Below are positions 58,010-64,000 of a DNA stretch of 64,000 nt, one piece after another. The notes beneath the pieces are model-generated. The model did no database searches. It saw only the letters and a program-made list of their open reading frames with translations, and was not told where the DNA came from. The position numbers and the translations under genes are program-made. Origin of the DNA: Nitrososphaeria archaeon (GTDB lineage Archaea > Thermoproteota > Nitrososphaeria > JACIWG01); the NCBI GenBank assembly GCA_050011875.1, contig JBEKIG010000012.1, positions 1-64,000 of the forward strand. Direction: 5' to 3'. Position 1 is the first letter of the stretch. Every line of letters starts with the position of its first letter.

Positions 58010-58539
58010 AATAGATAATTACTTAGGGGCTTATATAAAATTTATATATTGTATTCACCTTAATGCAATTTTCGAATTTCTGGCCATCTCACCAAACTAG
58101 CTGTCACAGAAGTTGTGTGAAATTAAATTTTATAAGACGGTAAAGGAGTACACGAATGTTACCATTTGATCTATTCGCAGAAGCTTATTCAGCAAAGAAA
58201 AACTTTAGCAAGCTGATATCTGCCTACAGAGAATATCGATCATTTCTTCTTTGGCGGTAATGATTGAACATATTTTATTGAACACCAACCATCGCCTAAT
58301 TAAATCTAGGCAAGACTTTAATTTTAGTTAGATTTGTTAAAAGCTTATATTATTTAATTATTTGGGTGTTTTGGCCAAAATTCTCCATCAATTGGTTCTT
58401 GACGGATGAATGGGGGCTTAGTTTTTGAGCCCTCAACATTTGGCCTAAAAAACTGCTATCATCTATCTCCTTTTAATCGATGGTTGCAAGACTTGTCTAT
58501 CCTTAGCTGTGAGTTAACAATATTAAGCCTATTTTTCAT

Positions 58540-58832
58540 TCAATCTAATTTATTCGTTTCCCTCTCTTCTTTTTATTTAGTAACCCTCGGAAAGCTTGGC
58601 GACAAAAATCAGATATCTACGATCACATTATCCGCCGAAAAATATTGGGATTCAATGCTTCTTGGAATAAGGATTGCTTTCGCAAGCACAGTTGGTGTTG
58701 GAACGATTCTTGGGACAAAAGTAGTTGTCCTCTCTTCTTAAAAAATGGTTGAGAATCGGTTCATATGGCTTGTTCATAGCTATTGGAATAATCTCTGTCA
58801 TAAGCTCAATTATTGGGCTAAGTATCTTTTAA
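58540..58832 (+). pseudogene. UPF0016/GDT1-family membrane protein remnant
   Basis: KLGDKNQISTITLSA (cf. ELGDKTQ), frameshift near 58735, then WLRIGSYGLFIAIGII. Confidence 0.55.
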
Positions 58833-59138
58833 AAACGTTATCCCGGAAAATCTGGCTGTTTAATATGTTTCGAAGGAAAGTTTAGTGCGTTATCCTTCTC
58901 TTGGTGCTCATTTTTTACAAACTTTTTTTTCGCTTTTATTATGGTTTCGATGAACTGTATGCTGAACAGAATCAGATCCTTAAGAAATATAGAACTAATA
59001 ATTTATATAGACATTTTCCAACTGGATAGATACCAACCATGCGCAAGAGAATAGATAAAAAAGAGTTTAAACTTAGTGAAGAAAGGTCCACCACATTATC
59101 AGTGCTCTGGTTGTCTAAAGTGCATTTTAGGTGATTGG

Positions 59139-59975
59139 ATGATTCATGATAAAATAATGGTCTCTTTTCAAGGAGAGTTTGGAGCGTATAGCGAAGAAGC
59201 CGTATTCAAATTTTTTGGCGATAAGATGAAGACGCTCCCCTGTAAAACGTTAGCTGACGTCTTTAAAGCTGTAGAAGAAAAGAAGGTCAAGTACGGCATA
59301 GTTCCAGTGGAAAATTCTATTGAGGGAAGCATTTTTCAAACATACGATTTGCTGCTGCAGTCAAACCTTAAAATCTGCGGGGAGATAATACTCAGGGTAG
59401 CTCACTGTCTTATTTCATGCGAGAAAGAAATGACCTCTGTGAAAGAGGTTTACTCTCACCCTCAAGCCTTGGCGCAGTGTAGAAAGTTTCTGGAGGAGCT
59501 GGGATGCATTGTGACACCTACTTACGATACTGCAGGTAGTGTTAAGATGATTAAGGAGAGAAATCTGAGGAACGCGGCAGCGATTGCAAGTGAAAGGACG
59601 GCTCAAATATACGGCATGAATGTTCTAGCACGGCATTTAGAAACGAACCCCCAAAATTATACTAGGTTTTTGGTCATATTCAGCAGGGACCACAAGATGA
59701 CGGACAATGACAAAACTTCGATAATCTTCTCAACAAAGGACATTCCTAAAGCTCTTCTAAAAGCACTTGTACCACTTGCTAAGAGAAACATAAATCTCAT
59801 GAAGATAGAGTCTCGTCCCATAATCGGAAAGCCTTGGGAATATAACTTCTACCTCGACTTTGAGGGTCACAGGGGAGAGGAAAGGGTTCAGAAGGCTTTG
59901 AAAGAATTGGGGATGAATTCAACTTTTTTGAAGATATTAGGTTCTTATCCGAAGGCGAAAGAAGATGCTGTATGA
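59139..59975 (+). CDS. pheA: Prephenate dehydratase
   Basis: FQGEFGAYSEEA, PVENSIEG, SHPQALAQC, NYTRF, IESRP. ATG 59139 follows an AGGTGA SD. Confidence 0.94.
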   Translation: MIHDKIMVSFQGEFGAYSEEAVFKFFGDKMKTLPCKTLADVFKAVEEKKVKYGIVPVENSIEGSIFQTYDLLLQSNLKICGEIILRVAHCLISCEKEMTSVKEVYSHPQALAQCRKFLEELGCIVTPTYDTAGSVKMIKERNLRNAAAIASERTAQIYGMNVLARHLETNPQNYTRFLVIFSRDHKMTDNDKTSIIFSTKDIPKALLKALVPLAKRNINLMKIESRPIIGKPWEYNFYLDFEGHRGEERVQKALKELGMNSTFLKILGSYPKAKEDAV

Positions 59976-61035
59976 GATCGCTGAAAAAGTGATAAAGCTT
60001 CAGAATGAAGGAAGGAAGATAATAAAGTTCAACGTGGGCGATCCGGATCAGTCTACGAATGAAGAAATTGTGGACACAGCATTTAAAGCGATGAAAGCTG
60101 GAAAGACAAAGTACGGTTCATCTTCTGGAGAGAAAATACTTAGAGAAAAGCTGGCCGAAATCTACAACGTTAAGGCGGAAAATGTAACAATCGCGCCTGG
60201 ATCAAAGTGGGCAATTTTTTCATCGATGTTTGTCACGCTTAAGAAAGGTGACAACATTGTTCTTCCATCTCCCCATTGGAATGCGTATTCACTTATGGCG
60301 CAACAGATGGGGGTGGAAACAAGGCTTTTGAAATGTGAACTAAAGTCGGACTGGAAGATAGACGTGGACAAGATGAATGACCTGATAGATGAAAGAACTA
60401 GGATGATAATCTTGAACAATCCGAACAACCCGACCAGCAAGGTTGTGGACGGAAAGACCGTTGAAAAAATAGTTGAATTGTCAAGAGAAAACTGCTTACC
60501 TATTCTTTCAGACGAATCCTACAGCGACATAAGCTTCCTTAAAGTAAGGAGTATCTTAGATTTTCCAAGGGACAATATCTTTGTAAACAGTTTTTCGAAG
60601 ACTTTTGCGATGACGGGGTGGAGAATAGGCTTCACGATATCAAATAAAGAATTGGCTGAAAAACTCACGAGGTTAAATCAGATAACTATTTCTTGCGTTC
60701 CACAGTTCATTCAAGAAGCTGCCATTAAAGCTCTGGAGCTGAGGGATAGAATTGCAGATGAAGTTAAAGAAGTGTATAGAAAAAGGGTGGAGCTGGCTTA
60801 CGACATTCTTTCAAGAAGTAAACTGGAATTTTCTAAGGCTGATTCACCCTTCTACCTGTTTCCAAGATGCGGTGGAGACTCGGAGAGGTTTGCTCTTAGA
60901 ATGCTTGATGAGGGCGTCGCCGTAACCCCTGGAACCGCTTTCGGAGATTATAGGGAACACTTCAGAATTGCCCTAACAGTCCCGGATGTGGAAGTTGAAG
61001 AAGGGTTGAAGAAGATAGCTGAGATGTTTCCATGA
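59965..61035 (+). CDS. Class I/II PLP aminotransferase (aromatic/aspartate)
   Basis: NNPNNPT, SDESY, SFSKTFAMTGWRIG. Confidence 0.92.
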   Translation: MLYEIAEKVIKLQNEGRKIIKFNVGDPDQSTNEEIVDTAFKAMKAGKTKYGSSSGEKILREKLAEIYNVKAENVTIAPGSKWAIFSSMFVTLKKGDNIVLPSPHWNAYSLMAQQMGVETRLLKCELKSDWKIDVDKMNDLIDERTRMIILNNPNNPTSKVVDGKTVEKIVELSRENCLPILSDESYSDISFLKVRSILDFPRDNIFVNSFSKTFAMTGWRIGFTISNKELAEKLTRLNQITISCVPQFIQEAAIKALELRDRIADEVKEVYRKRVELAYDILSRSKLEFSKADSPFYLFPRCGGDSERFALRMLDEGVAVTPGTAFGDYREHFRIALTVPDVEVEEGLKKIAEMFP

Positions 61036-61859
61036 ACTTGAAGAGTGTTGCGATAATAGGCGGAGCTGGGAAGATGGGGCGATGGTTCGCGAGATTTTTT
61101 GTCAAAGAAGGCTTCAGGGTTGTGGTCTCAGGTAGGACTCAAAGCAAATTAGCTAAGCTTAAGGAAGATATACCAGAAATTGAAGTTGCAGAAGATAACG
61201 TTGCAGCAGTGAAGGACATCGACATGGTTGTGATTTCTGTCCTTCAACAAAACTTTGAGTCTGTTATAAGAGAAATAAGCTCTTATCTGAAGCCTAGGCA
61301 GATAATAATCGACATAACATCAGTGAAGGAGTCTCCTGTAAAGTTAATGCACAGATACATCAAAGACTGTGTGACCCTTGGGACACATCCAGTGTTCGGT
61401 CCCTCTGTAACAGACTGTAACCAAAACTTTATTCTTACCCCAACCAATAATAAAGAAAAGGATTTTGCAGTAGGGTTCAAGAAATGGCTTGAGGAAAGGG
61501 GGTTCAGAGTGAGTGTGATGTCACCTAAAAAGCACGACTATCTTATGAGCACGGTACTGGGGCTCTCGCATTTCATAGGGTTTGTAACCTGTGAAACCTG
61601 GTTGGACATGAATCTGAAAGAATTGAAGAAGGTTAGCGGAACCAGCTTCAAAACGCTATTTAACCTAGTGGATAACGTTGTACACTCTGACCCAGAATTC
61701 TATTCTGAGCTGCAAATGAGCTTTCCGGACGTAGATAGAATTGAAGAAAGATTTGAGTTCAACGTTAGGAAATGGTTAAAAATAGTGAAGAGCAAGAACA
61801 AGAATAGATTCACAAATGAAATGGAGAGATTAAGGAAGAACCTCGATAATCTAGGATAG
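61032..61859 (+). CDS. tyrA: Prephenate dehydrogenase
   Basis: IGGAGKMG, DITSVK, HPVFGP, HDYLMS...GLSH. Confidence 0.92.
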   Translation: MNLKSVAIIGGAGKMGRWFARFFVKEGFRVVVSGRTQSKLAKLKEDIPEIEVAEDNVAAVKDIDMVVISVLQQNFESVIREISSYLKPRQIIIDITSVKESPVKLMHRYIKDCVTLGTHPVFGPSVTDCNQNFILTPTNNKEKDFAVGFKKWLEERGFRVSVMSPKKHDYLMSTVLGLSHFIGFVTCETWLDMNLKELKKVSGTSFKTLFNLVDNVVHSDPEFYSELQMSFPDVDRIEERFEFNVRKWLKIVKSKNKNRFTNEMERLRKNLDNLG

Positions 61860-61986
61860 GCCACCGCAGACGGGAACTTTTGTCATCATCTTTCCGTTCC
61901 CTTCTAGAAATCAGTTTGTTTGACATGTATCCATTGCATAAAGAGACTGAAATCGTCCATTTACTCTGGATAAACTGTTGCTCCTT

Positions 61987-62280
61987 TTAATCTGCGTTGT
62001 CCTTGATGTTTTCCGCGTTTCTGCACAACTTTATTATTTCTTTAAAAACGGTTATGCAATCTTCTGGACTTGTCCCAAGTTGCTTTGCACTATCTTCAAT
62101 TTTCTTATAAATTGCGGTTTCTCTTCCAGAGTCTAAAACTGGTCTGTTAAACTTCTTTTTTACTTTCCCGATGTCTTTAGCGAGGTTAACTCTCTCAGAT
62201 AAGAGCTTCATAATGTGCTCGTCTACGGCATCTATCCTTTTCCTAAGTAGAGCTATTTCTTCTTCACTTGTCAAAGCCAC
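61987..62280 (-). CDS. Chorismate mutase (AroQ)
   Basis: LRKRIDAVD...LLSER...IGKVK...DSGRE. Confidence 0.9.
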   Translation of the reverse strand: MALTSEEEIALLRKRIDAVDEHIMKLLSERVNLAKDIGKVKKKFNRPVLDSGRETAIYKKIEDSAKQLGTSPEDCITVFKEIIKLCRNAENIKDNAD

Positions 62281-63376
62281 CGCCTCTTAAAACTCTGGGT
62301 AGTAATCCGGCTCTTATAGTGTGGTCTGCGAGTACGATCGCAATCATGCTCTCAACAACCGGTACAGCACGTGGCACAATACATGAATCATGTCTTCCCT
62401 CAACTTTTAATTTTACAGGTTCCATCTTCTTGAGATCGACGGTGTCTTGACTTTTTTGGATAGAAGGCGTGGGTTTAACGGCTACTCTCAATAGGATTGG
62501 CATTCCGTTACTTATTCCTCCTAGGATTCCGCCGGAGCTGTTACTTTTTGTGATCACTTTTCCTCCCTTAACTGTGAAGACATCGTTACTTTCTGACCCC
62601 TTCATACTCGAAAGCTTGAATCCGGACCCGAATTCAACCCCCTTTACTGCAGGAATTGCGAAAAGTGCTTTAGCCAAGTCGCCTTCTAAGGTATCAAAAA
62701 TCGGCTCGCCGAGGCCAACCGGCACATTAAGAGACACACTTTCTATTACTCCTCCTACGCTGTCTCCTTCGTCCCTTGCCGCCTGAATGCTTTTAATCAT
62801 TTTTTCTGCAGCGGTGAGGTCAGGGCATCTAACCGAATTCTTTTCAACGTTACTTATGATTTCTTTTATCGTCTTCGGTTCAGCCTTTATGCCGGCGATT
62901 TCCAACGTATATGCGAGGATTTCGATATTCAATAAAGCTAACAATTTTTTTGCAACTACTCCTGCCATCACAAAACCGGCTGTAATCCTGCCAGAGAACC
63001 TGCCTCCACCTCTGTAATCGTTGAAGCCTCCAAATTTGGTAAAGGCGGTGAAGTCGGCGTGTCCTGGTCTTGGTGTAAACTCTATTTTTTCATATGCGCT
63101 AGATTCTATGTCTTTGTTCCACACAATCATGCATATTGGAGCACCAGTAGTGAACCCATTGAATGTTCCTGAAACAACTTCTACTCTATCTTCCTCCCTT
63201 CTTTGGCTCGCATAGATGCTTTGACCCGTCCTCCTCCTTTCCAGCTCCCTCTGAACAGTATCTTCCGAGATTTCAAGGCCTGCTGGGCATCCGTCCACGA
63301 CTGTACCCACACATCTTCCGTGACTTTCCCCGAAACATGTTACTTTGAACGCCACACCTATAGTGTTCGCGTTCAT
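62264..63376 (-). CDS. aroC: Chorismate synthase
   Basis: FGESHG, RPGHAD, GGGRFSGR, GGILGGIS, GRHD. ATG 63376 overlaps the aroA stop. Confidence 0.96.
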   Translation of the reverse strand: MNANTIGVAFKVTCFGESHGRCVGTVVDGCPAGLEISEDTVQRELERRRTGQSIYASQRREEDRVEVVSGTFNGFTTGAPICMIVWNKDIESSAYEKIEFTPRPGHADFTAFTKFGGFNDYRGGGRFSGRITAGFVMAGVVAKKLLALLNIEILAYTLEIAGIKAEPKTIKEIISNVEKNSVRCPDLTAAEKMIKSIQAARDEGDSVGGVIESVSLNVPVGLGEPIFDTLEGDLAKALFAIPAVKGVEFGSGFKLSSMKGSESNDVFTVKGGKVITKSNSSGGILGGISNGMPILLRVAVKPTPSIQKSQDTVDLKKMEPVKLKVEGRHDSCIVPRAVPVVESMIAIVLADHTIRAGLLPRVLRGGGFDK

Positions 63377-64000
63377 GCAACTCCCTCCAAGTTGGCATTC
63401 AAACCTTTTATTACGCGCCAAAAGTTTGGGAAGGACTTGCTTACACATTCTGCGTTCGTTATCACCGTCTGCCCTTCCGCTGTTAGGCCGAGTATCGCCG
63501 AAGCCATCGCTATCCTATGGTCGTTAAAAGGGTTTATCTTTGCGCCGATCGGTTTAGAGCCAAATATTTTCAAGGACCCGTCTTCTATTATTGTTTTAAT
63601 ACGCATCTTTTCCAAACATTTTACCATAGTTTTAACTCTATTTGATTCTTTAAACTTTAGTCTACCTATTCCAGTTATTTCGCTCACACCATCTGCTCTC
63701 GCGCAAAGAACACAGAGTGGAAGGAATAGGTCCGGACAGTCGGATACATCAAATTTTATCGGCTTGGGAACCGATTTTCTGACCGTAATCGTTTCCCCCT
63801 GTGTTTCAACCCTAATTTCCATCATCTCCATAACATCAATTATCACCCTGTCGGCTTGTATGCTTTTTAGATCTAGACCACTTACGGCTACCCTACCTGT
63901 AACTGCGCCAGCAACTAAAAAAAAGGACGCTGAACTCCAATCGCCTTCAACCTTAAAAGTGGTTGGTCTATACCGTTGAGATGGAACCTCGAATCTCACG
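63373..64000 (-). CDS. aroA: EPSP synthase (5' part outside the window)
   Basis: GDWSSA, QAD, PDL, RLKFKESNR, DHRIAM, KSFP. Confidence 0.94.
   Translation of the reverse strand, partial: VRFEVPSQRYRPTTFKVEGDWSSASFFLVAGAVTGRVAVSGLDLKSIQADRVIIDVMEMMEIRVETQGETITVRKSVPKPIKFDVSDCPDLFLPLCVLCARADGVSEITGIGRLKFKESNRVKTMVKCLEKMRIKTIIEDGSLKIFGSKPIGAKINPFNDHRIAMASAILGLTAEGQTVITNAECVSKSFPNFWRVIKGLNANLEGVA

Noticed and set aside
59301-59313. GTTCCAGTGGAAA ORB-like sequence
   Set aside because: Single copy inside the conserved PVEN codons of pheA.
61870-61905. GGGAAC/GTTCCC hairpin containing ATGATGA on the minus strand
   Set aside because: No downstream CTGA D box; may simply be a structure between convergent operons.
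1-64000. CRISPR arrays, rRNA genes, transposases
   Set aside because: No regularly spaced repeats, rRNA-like sequence or transposase/integrase motifs were seen.

Overview
Archaeal chromosomal DNA, most likely from a TACK lineage near Nitrososphaeria/Thaumarchaeota. This is inferred from the single-OB SSB, short XPF, arcadin-1, split-type EndA subunit and a thaumarchaeal-type conserved hypothetical protein. Layout: 1-2.8 kb is a decaying cluster of paralogous membrane-anchored proteins beside two tRNAs. 3.4-52 kb is mostly core information-processing genes (ribosomal proteins, KEOPS, exosome/proteasome superoperon, EF-2, Moco, RFC, LysRS, heat-shock locus, TldD/E). 52-64 kb holds glnA, dph6 and aromatic amino-acid genes. 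There are five intron-less tRNAs, a probable box C/D sRNA and several deletion-type pseudogenes (cdc6, wHTH, surE, AsnC/RAM, UPF0016). The main finding is that the EF-2 gene is interrupted in codon 22 by a 31-nt insertion (27949-27979) that folds into a canonical bulge-helix-bulge motif. Cutting at the standard tRNA-endonuclease positions restores IRNLGVVAHVDHGKT and a 730-aa EF-2, so this is a probable tRNA-type intron in an essential protein-coding mRNA. All calls come from reading the sequence by eye; no searches or folding programs were run.
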